64,000 bases of DNA from a virus, in the IMG/VR virus record IMGVR_UViG_3300011116_000922, positions 83,411 through 147,410 of that record. One strand, 5' to 3'. Shown here in pieces: positions 47,058 through 55,294 of the stretch (within the stretch, counting starts at the first letter, position 1; every line of letters starts with the position of its first letter). Under the pieces are notes generated by a model. That model worked only from the letters and a program-made list of their open reading frames with translations. It was not told where the DNA came from and ran no database searches. Both the position numbers and the translations under genes were made by a program.

Positions 47058-47390
47058 ATGCCCCAAATGCACAGACACCGAACGCTCCGTGAACACTTCA
47101 AACATCCACAGGACTTCAGGAGAATCCTCCGCAATCCGCAGATTGGAGTGGTCACCTTTGCGTGGGACGAGACTCCCGAGACTCCCAACAATCCCGATGT
47201 CGTGGTGTGCTTTCATCCGTATGGGGCAGAGCGAGACTTGCGTTTGCGTGTTGGAACCCTTGAGATCAGGCTTGCAGAAGACGATCCGCTCAGCATGGGC
47301 ATTGTGTTGGGACGGCGAGTGTGGGACACCATCGCAAACACGGATGGATGGAAACTTTGGACACCGCAAACAGAAACGGAAACGCCATGA
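47058..47390 (+). CDS. early protein with GRRVWDTIANTDGW motif
   Basis: Shared motif. Confidence 0.65.
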   Translation: MPQMHRHRTLREHFKHPQDFRRILRNPQIGVVTFAWDETPETPNNPDVVVCFHPYGAERDLRLRVGTLEIRLAEDDPLSMGIVLGRRVWDTIANTDGWKLWTPQTETETP

Positions 47391-47527
47391 ACATCAGAGC
47401 AGGAAAGTTCGTCCACGATGCGCTGCGCGAAGGGCAGCGTCTGCGCCCCAAGACATGGGGCAAGAAGGATCGCTGTCCCCGCAAGGCACGGCGTGATGCC
47501 AAGCGCGAGGTGCGCGAAGCCGTTTGA
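47387..47527 (+). CDS. small basic protein
   Basis: ATGA overlap; followed by terminator-like hairpin at 47549-47575. Confidence 0.55.
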   Translation: MNIRAGKFVHDALREGQRLRPKTWGKKDRCPRKARRDAKREVREAV

Positions 47528-47596
47528 AAAACTCAGTCACCCACCACAGCCGTCCCGCAGGGGGCGGCTTTTTTCATAGATACTTTGGAGGTTGTG

Positions 47597-47920
47597 ATGC
47601 CTGATGAAGAAAAGGTCATCGGAATTGATTTCCTGAACACCGATGAAGGCGGCGGGATGTATGTCCTCTGCGAGTCACGGGACGGTGGAGAAAACTGGTC
47701 TGTGGTTGAGAATGGGCGGCGAATTGACGGGCTGTTGGAGCAAGCCAAAAGAATTTACCCCGAATCAATTCCAATGATTCTGCCGTTTCAAATACGCGAA
47801 ATGCTGCGGTACGAAATACTTGAAGAACGAGAACGACTACAGATCGAACGGCTAAAAAAGAAAGAAGTGCAGCCAATTCCTTCATGGTGGGAACGAATCC
47901 GCAAACGCTTTTGGAGGTAA
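47597..47920 (+). CDS. hypothetical protein
   Basis: TAGATA promoter, GGAGG RBS. Confidence 0.6.
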   Translation: MPDEEKVIGIDFLNTDEGGGMYVLCESRDGGENWSVVENGRRIDGLLEQAKRIYPESIPMILPFQIREMLRYEILEERERLQIERLKKKEVQPIPSWWERIRKRFWR

Positions 47921-47925
47921 GCACC

Positions 47926-48105
47926 ATGTCCAAGTACGAACCCGACAAGACACCAACTGAAGAACTGCTTGACGCATCTAAACGAGCAGTAGAAGACTAC
48001 GAAGCGTATTTGCTTGACAAGGTTGGTTGGCGTGAACTGGCACAGACCATGACCGCGCTGCGTAAGCAAATCGCTGCGTGGGAATCAAAAATGAAATCTC
48101 GTTGA
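47926..48105 (+). CDS. hypothetical protein
   Basis: GGAGG RBS. Confidence 0.6.
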   Translation: MSKYEPDKTPTEELLDASKRAVEDYEAYLLDKVGWRELAQTMTALRKQIAAWESKMKSR

Positions 48106-48211
48106 AATATAGACTTTAATATTGGGGTCTAATATTTGACAGTATAAGTACTGTGTCCGGTATGAAGAATGATAGTATTCATACTCTAACACACATTAAA
48201 CACCAATACAG

Positions 48212-48541
48212 ATGGATAAGAAAGACCCCTTTATCCCTCGTTCTTTCACCGTCCCATCCCCCACCGGACGGCAACGGATCTACACCACGCTGTCCCCCTG
48301 TCGCCTCCTGCTGACCGCTGACGCGGCAGTGCCGAGCCTGAACCGGGACAAGGGCATACTGATGAGCATTCAACTAGACGACTCTCCCCGCATCGCGGTA
48401 GGCTCTCATTTATTGCATTTAGGAATCCCTTTATTTGGAATGGTAACAGGTTTATTTCCCGTGCCATCGGTGGACGGCGTGTTCCGGGTAATCATAAATT
48501 ACCACCCACTGCCACAACCAAATATTCGGAAACCGCAATAA
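48212..48541 (+). CDS. hypothetical protein
   Basis: ORF fills gap. Confidence 0.45.
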   Translation: MDKKDPFIPRSFTVPSPTGRQRIYTTLSPCRLLLTADAAVPSLNRDKGILMSIQLDDSPRIAVGSHLLHLGIPLFGMVTGLFPVPSVDGVFRVIINYHPLPQPNIRKPQ

Positions 48542-48579
48542 GGTCTTGACTGCACCGGAGGGCATGGTAATATATGGGC

Positions 48580-48942
48580 ATGAAGACTCCTCCCATTTCA
48601 CACACTGTTGAATCCTCCCGATACGGGCAGCACCGTTGCGTGACTCGCGTTGCGCCCAATGCCATTGTGGTGGAAGGCCCAACAACATACACTCGCGGTG
48701 CAGTGGACGATGACGGCGTGGCTGAAATGGCAGACTTTGAAGGCGGCCCGTTCATCTCCCGTGGCATGAGTCTGCGGCTTGCCGTGGGCGATGCGCCGTG
48801 CTTTCCCCCTGACGGAATCGTGCGGAGCGCAAAGTGGATTGGTGCAGAGGAGTTTGGTACACTGATGGGCTTGAGCGAATCGTACTGGACAAAGGCACTG
48901 GACAAGCCCAACTACGGGTATTGTCTTGTGGAGTTTGTTTAA
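48580..48942 (+). CDS. hypothetical protein
   Basis: Promoter TTGACT-16-TAATAT at 48546; DFEGGPFI motif. Confidence 0.65.
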   Translation: MKTPPISHTVESSRYGQHRCVTRVAPNAIVVEGPTTYTRGAVDDDGVAEMADFEGGPFISRGMSLRLAVGDAPCFPPDGIVRSAKWIGAEEFGTLMGLSESYWTKALDKPNYGYCLVEFV

Positions 48943-48960
48943 ACCCCGGAGAAACCACCA

Positions 48961-49539
48961 ATGCCCAACACTTTTTTTATTGGCTGCACCCATTTTGGAC
49001 ACGAAGGCATCTATAAGTTTGTCCGTGCCAACGGCGAGAAAGTGCGCCCGTTCATCAACGCAGAAGAAGGCGATGCGTGTATTGAGCGCAACTGGAACTC
49101 CGTGGTGAGCAAGGGCGACAAGGTGTATGTGCTTGGCGATGTGGCAATCACCAACAAGGGGCTGAAGATTCTTGACCGCCTAAAGGGCAAAAAGATTCTT
49201 ATCAAGGGCAACCACGACAATCTGAAGCCCGGTGAGTATCTAAAGTACTTCAAGGACATTCGTGCGTACCACAAACTGGAAAACGAAGTACTGTCGCATA
49301 TTCCCATCCACCCCGGTTCGCTGTTCCGCCACAAGACCGGACGGTGGTGGCTGAACATCCACGCACACCTACACGCTGAAACGGTGCGCGTGATTGAGGG
49401 TATGTGGAGCGAAGACCCTGATAGTATTGACGGTCTGCGCCCGGAGGATGATCGGTATTTCTCTGTGTGCGTGGAGCGAATCGGATACTGTCCCATTTCA
49501 CTTGACCAAATCAGAAAGAAGGTTCGTGATGGAAAGTAA
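48961..49539 (+). CDS. calcineurin-like metallophosphoesterase
   Basis: GCTHFGH, LGD, GNHD, SHIP, HAHLH. Confidence 0.88.
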   Translation: MPNTFFIGCTHFGHEGIYKFVRANGEKVRPFINAEEGDACIERNWNSVVSKGDKVYVLGDVAITNKGLKILDRLKGKKILIKGNHDNLKPGEYLKYFKDIRAYHKLENEVLSHIPIHPGSLFRHKTGRWWLNIHAHLHAETVRVIEGMWSEDPDSIDGLRPEDDRYFSVCVERIGYCPISLDQIRKKVRDGK

Positions 49540-49563
49540 CGGAATCGTAAAGGAGAACTCATA

Positions 49564-50010
49564 ATGGCAATTATTCCCACTACAGTTTTTTACGGCAGCG
49601 GCAATTACGAAGTTTCAACACAAGCCCAAGGCGGCGTGTATCAGAACATTGGGTACACTGCACCGCTGTCGTGGCACGGTGCGTTGAGCGCACCCACCCC
49701 CACGGGTGAAGCGGTTGCGCCACCCACCGTGGCATTGGCACTGCCACACAACTTGTTCACGGGCGAGAGCAGCGGCTTTTGGATTCACCGCGTGTTCTTG
49801 GACGGACACCTTGTGGGCACATTCACTTTCACGGATCAGCAGTTCTCCATTCCCATGCAGTGGGACACCGTGCAAAGCGTAGCCATGCCGTTTACGGGAA
49901 CTCCTGAACTTGAATGCGGTCGCGGAGGCTGTGACACGCCGTCACCGGGTGGTGCGGCTGTGCTGCTGCTGTCTGCGGTGTTTGCCCGTTCTCGCAACCG
50001 AAAGGCGTAA
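49564..50010 (+). CDS. protein with PEP-CTERM/VPAPG-like sorting tail
   Basis: TPSPG + hydrophobic helix + RSRNRKA. Confidence 0.7.
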   Translation: MAIIPTTVFYGSGNYEVSTQAQGGVYQNIGYTAPLSWHGALSAPTPTGEAVAPPTVALALPHNLFTGESSGFWIHRVFLDGHLVGTFTFTDQQFSIPMQWDTVQSVAMPFTGTPELECGRGGCDTPSPGGAAVLLLSAVFARSRNRKA

Positions 50011-50012
50011 TC

Positions 50013-50249
50013 GTGTTTCGACTCCACATCGACATTCCCCTGAATACGGATGAAGCCACAGCGGCAAAGATTTCCGAAACCGTGGTTGCCCATTTGAGGG
50101 ACACCCTTTCGGTGTGGATGCGCGAACAGGGAATAGGTGAAGTGAATTATCGTTTGGGTCACGATGAAGACAGGCAGAAGAGTAACTACCTGATCAAGAC
50201 CCCATCGGGTCATGTCGTGAACAAAAAGTCTCGGATTGAATTGGTTTAA
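50013..50249 (+). CDS. hypothetical protein
   Basis: GTG start in operon context. Confidence 0.55.
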   Translation: MFRLHIDIPLNTDEATAAKISETVVAHLRDTLSVWMREQGIGEVNYRLGHDEDRQKSNYLIKTPSGHVVNKKSRIELV

Positions 50250-50264
50250 CAGAAAGGTATTGCT

Positions 50265-50480
50265 ATGGATCATTTGTTCTTTTTCGTGATGGGTATCGGA
50301 TTCACGCTTGCGCTTACTTCGCTTTTTATTGCGTTGAGCGAGGACTACTACAAGTGGTGCAGGAATCGTACACAGTCGGTGCTGCCCCCGTGTGTGGAAT
50401 TTCAAATTAGCAAGACCACAAAGCGCACTGCCAAGAAGGCAGTCAAGAAGGCACCCCGTAAGCCCATCAAGCGCAAGTAA
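50265..50480 (+). CDS. membrane protein with basic tail
   Basis: N-terminal TM segment, Lys-rich C-terminus. Confidence 0.6.
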   Translation: MDHLFFFVMGIGFTLALTSLFIALSEDYYKWCRNRTQSVLPPCVEFQISKTTKRTAKKAVKKAPRKPIKRK

Positions 50481-50596
50481 TTGCTTAAGTTAAATGGTTT
50501 AATTCGCGTTTCCAAGAATCCGTATCAAAAATTCAAAAACGCGAGGTTTGCTCTAGTATCCGTGCCTATATGGGATATACTAGAGCAAGCCAACTT

Positions 50597-50667
50597 GGGC
50601 GGTGGGCGGACGGCTTCGCAGATCGGCTTATACCCGATTCATTCAGGATCGACACCTGAACCGCCTA
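50597..50667 (+). tRNA. atypical tRNA-Ile(UAU)
   Basis: Acceptor GGGCGGT/ACCGCCT, ATCGG-CTTATAC-CCGAT, T-arm TCAGG-ATCGACA-CCTGA. Confidence 0.7.
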
Positions 50668-50681
50668 TTTGAAAGGACACT

Positions 50682-50948
50682 ATGGAAAACAGCAACAACA
50701 ACTTCAGCGACCAACACGCAGTGATCGACTATCTTGACAACGGGTTTTGGGGGCTGTGCATCACCTCCCGCGAAACTGCCCGTGCCGGAAGCGTGGACGA
50801 AATCATCGACACGGACGAAGACCTAAATAACCTTATCATCCGTTCCGTTCGTACTTGGGGCGTGGATCCCACGGAACTTTGGGTGAGTGAGTGTGCCCGT
50901 GAACTAGTTCATTACAACCTGAGCGGTTGTGCAGAAGTGGAGGATTGA
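50682..50948 (+). CDS. hypothetical protein
   Basis: AAGGA RBS. Confidence 0.6.
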   Translation: MENSNNNFSDQHAVIDYLDNGFWGLCITSRETARAGSVDEIIDTDEDLNNLIIRSVRTWGVDPTELWVSECARELVHYNLSGCAEVED

Positions 50949-50949
50949 A

Positions 50950-51156
50950 ATGGCTACGCCAAAGAAGACAACGGCAATTACGCTTGAGATGGCAGTGGGT
51001 GACGCAACCTTTCTGAAGATTGCGAAGATGGCTCACAACAACAACCTGACCTTTAACGAGCAGATCAACAAGATTGTGCAGGACGCAATCACTGCAATGG
51101 ACAAGCCCGCTCAACCGGGTGTGCCATTCGGTTTCTCTGCTCGTCCGCAAGTGTGA
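50950..51156 (+). CDS. small ribbon-helix-helix-like protein
   Basis: FLKIAKMAHNNNLTFNEQINKIV pattern. Confidence 0.55.
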   Translation: MATPKKTTAITLEMAVGDATFLKIAKMAHNNNLTFNEQINKIVQDAITAMDKPAQPGVPFGFSARPQV

Positions 51157-51263
51157 TTACCCGGAGTAGTACATGGGTGGTAAACATGATGCAGGAAAAG
51201 GTGACCAGTATCGTCCAGTGGATTGGAAAGTTTGGGACAAGAATTGGGAGGATATTTTCGGCA

Positions 51264-51611
51264 ATGGCAAACACAAAAAGCAAAATCAAAAAGCCAAGCG
51301 AAAGCGAAATCGCAAAGCACACCCTCCTGCGGGTGATGCGTGATTGGAGCGAAGACGCTTACTCCGCAGGTTGGATGACGGGATTGGAAATTACCATTTG
51401 GGGTCTTGTGCAGAAGTGGAAGAAGGGCGACCCCAAGGTTGGTGAACTGGATGCGGCTATGTTCGACTACCTCCACGAAAAGGCAAAGGGATGGTGGGTG
51501 TGGGACGAAGAAGCAGAGCATCCGGTGTTCATTCCCAAGAAGACTTGGATCACCATGTACAAGGAATTGGAAAAGGCTCTAAAGGAGCAAGCCAATGACG
51601 CTTCCGCATGA
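51264..51611 (+). CDS. hypothetical protein
   Basis: MRDWSEDAYSAGWMTGLE...GWWVW; start chosen by GGAGG. Confidence 0.6.
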   Translation: MANTKSKIKKPSESEIAKHTLLRVMRDWSEDAYSAGWMTGLEITIWGLVQKWKKGDPKVGELDAAMFDYLHEKAKGWWVWDEEAEHPVFIPKKTWITMYKELEKALKEQANDASA

Positions 51612-51843
51612 AGAACTACACGCACTGATTGCCACTCGGAATTTCCTGTACGATCTGCTTGATCCGCGGAAGACTCCGCGAGTGCCACGCAGCATCCGGC
51701 TCCGTGCGCGGCAAGTGTGCAAGCACTACCCGTTTGATGACAACATCAGACAGCGGTGGGAAGACAGCATCCGTGAGAGTGGTTGGGGCAGTGAATTGAA
51801 TAGATACACTGATACTGTTGACGGTGGATCGAAACGCGAATAG
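51595..51843 (+). CDS. conserved small phage protein (MTLPHEE...TPRVPR..R..AR...KHYP)
   Basis: Motif recalled from T4-like phages; 3' end overlaps tmRNA acceptor piece. Confidence 0.65.
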   Translation: MTLPHEELHALIATRNFLYDLLDPRKTPRVPRSIRLRARQVCKHYPFDDNIRQRWEDSIRESGWGSELNRYTDTVDGGSKRE

Positions 51844-52153
51844 CACGGGGGTTCGAATCCCCCCGACTCCATTAGCCTAACCTGATTTCCACTGCGAGTT
51901 TTCAGGGACGGCGAATCAAGTCCTCTGTGCAGCGGGGCAATCCCCGGAGTGCTAGCCTCCGGGAAACGGGGTCGAACCGGAATCGACTAGCGCGGATTAG
52001 TGAAGCAAGAGGTATCCGGGGCGGGTTACAGAGCCTCGTTAAAAACCCTGTTGCAACCATAATTGCCAACAGAATGGCAATGGCGGCTTGAAGCCGTGGG
52101 GAAAGCCCTCCCGCATCTGAACGGGCAGGACGGGACGGCAGAAATGCCGTCCC
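51808..52153 (+). ncRNA. ssrA: circularly permuted (two-piece) tmRNA
   Basis: T-arm and acceptor 3' strand CGACTCCA (51847-51871) lie upstream of 5' GGGGTCG..GGAATCGAC (51968); G3-U70; tag ANRMAMAA* at 52065-52091; terminator 52132-52160. Confidence 0.9.
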
Positions 52154-52189
52154 TTCTTTTATACATACTTTGTAACCGGAGGAATCGGT

Positions 52190-52534
52190 ATGGCTCTTAC
52201 TAATACATTTTTTCAAATTGGGATGACTGAGCCGTATCAGTACGCGCAGTTGCGTGGGGTCACAACTAATTTCAATACTGCTCCTCCTCCCCATAAAGGG
52301 TTTGCAATCAATACGGGATCTACCACTAGTAATCAGCAGCAAACCGTGACTTTTGATTTGCTGTACCGAAACTCAAATGGTACTACCTTTACCAATCGCT
52401 TGACGATGCCCATCGGATCAACGACTTTTTTCCCCGTACAGATAAGCGGTATCAGCGCAAATCCTATTGATTTTTTAGATCCAACAACCGATCCCGCAGG
52501 ATTGAACGCACACCTTGTATACTACTATTCCTAA
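52190..52534 (+). CDS. MDIY-array paralog 1
   Basis: KGFAI...FFPVQISGIS; TACATA promoter, GGAGG RBS. Confidence 0.7.
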   Translation: MALTNTFFQIGMTEPYQYAQLRGVTTNFNTAPPPHKGFAINTGSTTSNQQQTVTFDLLYRNSNGTTFTNRLTMPIGSTTFFPVQISGISANPIDFLDPTTDPAGLNAHLVYYYS

Positions 52535-52794
52535 TGGACATCTACCATAAATTTACTCCGTATACATCGGCGGGTGCTAACACTCCCGGTATCACCTTTC
52601 CTCCTAATATGCGAAGCCTTGTTGTCTCTAATAATGTAGGAACAGTAAATGTTGATCTGTTTACATATGGTCCCACTGGCGGAACTCAAAGCAATAGGAT
52701 ATGTTTATCCACTGGCACTTATGTTCTTCCGTTTCAACTTTGGGGAATATCGTCTGGATTTAATGGATCGCTCAATTATCTCATAGGGTATTAA
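52534..52794 (+). CDS. MDIY-array paralog 2
   Basis: MDIY...RSLVVSN...VLPFQLWGIS. Confidence 0.75.
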   Translation: MDIYHKFTPYTSAGANTPGITFPPNMRSLVVSNNVGTVNVDLFTYGPTGGTQSNRICLSTGTYVLPFQLWGISSGFNGSLNYLIGY

Positions 52795-52798
52795 CCAC

Positions 52799-53095
52799 AT
52801 GGATATTTACCGCGCACAACGACAGTTTCGATCCACTGCAAGCGATATTGCAGGAACCGCTGCGCCAACCGATAATTGGGCACACCCAACAAAGGGTGCT
52901 ATGATTTACGGTTTGAGCAACAGTAGTGGTGGTGGAACTGGTGTTTCTCTGCACTTAAAAGGCGCAACAACTGGACTAACATTTTCTTTTCTTGCCATAG
53001 TACCACCCGGAACAATGTTGATTCTTCCGTTTAATGTATTTGGTTCAAGTAGTTCCCAAACTGTGTCTAACCGAGGAATAGTGGGGCTGTATTAA
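52799..53095 (+). CDS. MDIY-array paralog 3
   Basis: MDIY...PTKGAMI...ILPFNVFG...IVGLY. Confidence 0.75.
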   Translation: MDIYRAQRQFRSTASDIAGTAAPTDNWAHPTKGAMIYGLSNSSGGGTGVSLHLKGATTGLTFSFLAIVPPGTMLILPFNVFGSSSSQTVSNRGIVGLY

Positions 53096-53340
53096 TGGAT
53101 ATCTACAGACGATTTGAAAAGGCTACAACCAATGTGCCGCTGAATACAAAAAATCGCGGAGTTGTTGTATCAAATATGTCAGGCAGCAATGTAATTTATC
53201 AGTTGTTTACTTATGGAGCAACCGGAGCAACATATTCTACTACTATGGTTGCAACCAGTACTAGCACCTATTTCTTCCCTATAAGAACATGGGGAGTGTC
53301 TTTTGATTCTGCTAATATTTCTGCGTTTGGAGCATTCTAA
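53095..53340 (+). CDS. MDIY-array paralog 4
   Basis: MDIY...RGVVVSN...FFPIRTWGVS. Confidence 0.75.
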   Translation: MDIYRRFEKATTNVPLNTKNRGVVVSNMSGSNVIYQLFTYGATGATYSTTMVATSTSTYFFPIRTWGVSFDSANISAFGAF

Positions 53341-53615
53341 TGGATTTATATCGAACAGCATCTCCGGTTGTTTCAGCAGGTACTCCGGTTTATTTTAAAC
53401 CGCAAACAAATGGTGGTGTGCTTGGGGCATTATCGGCAGGAAATGGAAATGCGTGGTTTGATGTGGTTCATGTAACAAATTCAAGCGGCGCAACCGCGTG
53501 GTTTCGGTATAGGGCTAGAACGGGATTTGAACCATTGTGTCCTCATTTAATTGTTCCTGTTGTATCCGCAGGAATAAGTTCCGGTGGTGCTTTTAATTTT
53601 TTGTTGTTGAATTAA
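53340..53615 (+). CDS. MDIY-array paralog 5
   Basis: MDLY...IVPVVSAGIS. Confidence 0.7.
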   Translation: MDLYRTASPVVSAGTPVYFKPQTNGGVLGALSAGNGNAWFDVVHVTNSSGATAWFRYRARTGFEPLCPHLIVPVVSAGISSGGAFNFLLLN

Positions 53616-53662
53616 ATATGCTATGGGCTTGACACTCTTGGCACACACGCTATACTGTGTGC

Positions 53663-53863
53663 ATGGCAAAGCGAGTTTTAGACCCCATCGACATTGAAGC
53701 CGAGCGGCAGGGCGCAGCAGTAGCCCGTGGACGGCAGCAGCAGTGCAAGCCGTTTGGCTTCAATAAGCGTACTCACAAGGAACGAAAGGCACGGCTAGAC
53801 GGTGAATTCCGTCAGCAGTGTCGTGTTGTGAAGAGCAGCCTTTTCATCATGGAGACAAGATAA
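53663..53863 (+). CDS. small basic protein
   Basis: Promoter TTGACA-16-TATACT at 53629. Confidence 0.55.
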   Translation: MAKRVLDPIDIEAERQGAAVARGRQQQCKPFGFNKRTHKERKARLDGEFRQQCRVVKSSLFIMETR

Positions 53864-54078
53864 TGCCTCGTACTTGCGACTGTTGTGATACGGTCATTCC
53901 GTCTGCGCGTCTTGAAGCACTTCCTGACACCACGACCTGTGTGCGTTGCTCACAGGCAACCACCTTTGTTGGATTCATGGATTGGTCGCACAAGACTGCA
54001 CCGGAACTGGTCATGGTTGACAGTGCCGATTCAGAGAATCTGCGCCGTGCGCGGCGCATCAGTGAACGAGCGCGTTAA
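53863..54078 (+). CDS. DksA/TraR C4-type zinc-finger protein
   Basis: CDCCDTVIPSARLEALPDTTTCVRC. Confidence 0.85.
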   Translation: MPRTCDCCDTVIPSARLEALPDTTTCVRCSQATTFVGFMDWSHKTAPELVMVDSADSENLRRARRISERAR

Positions 54079-54593
54079 ATTAGATTGTCCAATTCCCAAT
54101 GGCAATTTGGACACAGATAAACTATGTTATCTCTATTATTGATGATGGAGACTTTAGTGTTGTCTGTGAATGACTGTATTGATTTTTTGTGACAAAGTTC
54201 GGTGTGTTTGGAGTAGCCACATTTTTCACAAGACGATGACTTCCATCCATAAAAATCAGACAGTCTTTTTCCGTATTGACGAATCTTCTCGTACCGATGC
54301 TTTGAGGCATACGATGTGGATTCAGCAACCAACTCACCTTTGGTCTTATTTCCAAATGCAGCGATCATGCTTTCTTGCCAGCATTTTTTACAACGAGATA
54401 TTCCTTTCTCTTTTATTGAAGGAGAAGGGAAGCAATATTTGCCGCAAGACGCGCAGACATTTTGGGGTTCGACAGATCGTTTTGGAAACTCAATATTGTT
54501 GTATGATGCTGCACAGGATCGGTCGCAAAATTTGGGATTGTCTGTTTTCTTCCCGCAAAATAAACACTTCTTGTTGCAATGTTTGCGCGGCAT
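54075..54593 (-). CDS. HNH homing endonuclease
   Basis: KFCDRSC zinc module, CEKCG...ELCH...N...NIVYLCPNCH; AT-rich, opposite strand. Confidence 0.85.
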   Translation of the reverse strand: MPRKHCNKKCLFCGKKTDNPKFCDRSCAASYNNIEFPKRSVEPQNVCASCGKYCFPSPSIKEKGISRCKKCWQESMIAAFGNKTKGELVAESTSYASKHRYEKIRQYGKRLSDFYGWKSSSCEKCGYSKHTELCHKKSIQSFTDNTKVSIINNRDNIVYLCPNCHWELDNLI

Positions 54594-54613
54594 GGTATGA
54601 TTGCTCCGTGCTT

Positions 54614-54684
54614 GTGGGTATGATGTAACGGTAACATTCCACTCTTCCAAAGTGGCTTTGCGGGTTCGAATCCCGCTACTCACA
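54614..54684 (+). tRNA. tRNA-Gly(UCC)
   Basis: CCACT-CTTCCAA-AGTGG; GGTTCGAATCC. Confidence 0.9.
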
Positions 54685-54698
54685 CTTATTTAGTATTT

Positions 54699-54726
54699 GA
54701 CGGGAGTTCGATTCTCCCAACCCGCA
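54699..54726 (+). pseudogene. 3' remnant of a tRNA (Gly-like)
   Basis: GGGAG-TTCGATT-CTCCC-AACCCGCA with no 5' half. Confidence 0.65.
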
Positions 54727-54744
54727 TTGTGAAAGGAGATTGAT

Positions 54745-55014
54745 GTGAATACAAACGAACCGTGTCCCTGCGACAAGGATTGCCGCGAACAGCACACTGC
54801 ACACCAACAGAAACTATTGGATCAACTTTTCATTCTTGGAAAGGAGTGCCATGCGTGGCGCGAGGTCAGTGACCGATTTCCTCCCGCACATATGCTGAAA
54901 TATATGCGCGAAACCGATGCGTGTGGTTGGGGAGACAGTATGCGTAAGGGCGTATTGGGATTCCCGACCGGAATGACTTTTTGGCAACGCCTCAAGTATT
55001 TGTTCCGGGGATAA
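54745..55014 (+). CDS. hypothetical protein
   Basis: AAGGAG RBS. Confidence 0.6.
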   Translation: MNTNEPCPCDKDCREQHTAHQQKLLDQLFILGKECHAWREVSDRFPPAHMLKYMRETDACGWGDSMRKGVLGFPTGMTFWQRLKYLFRG

Positions 55015-55015
55015 T

Positions 55016-55294
55016 ATGAAAAAGCCTGTACGCAAAAAGACAAACCCCAAGCCCCTTTGGATCTACGAACACCACGGAGTGAAATATCCCGTCAGTGCAG
55101 AAAAAACAAAACAGATGTTTGACATGTTGCACGATGAGGTATTGATTTGCGGCAACCAAAGTGTTACTATGTTCCTGTTCGACATGATGGAATCATTCAG
55201 GGACGACAAAGACCTGAATGCCATGTGGAAGAAGCGTCATCCGTGGATGTACCGCAAGACCCCCAGTAAAAAGGCTCGTAATGGAAAGCACTAA
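55016..55294 (+). CDS. hypothetical protein
   Basis: Operon context. Confidence 0.6.
   Translation: MKKPVRKKTNPKPLWIYEHHGVKYPVSAEKTKQMFDMLHDEVLICGNQSVTMFLFDMMESFRDDKDLNAMWKKRHPWMYRKTPSKKARNGKH

Noticed and set aside
51902-52342. 146-aa minus-strand ORF
   Set aside because: Overlaps the tmRNA antisense; spurious
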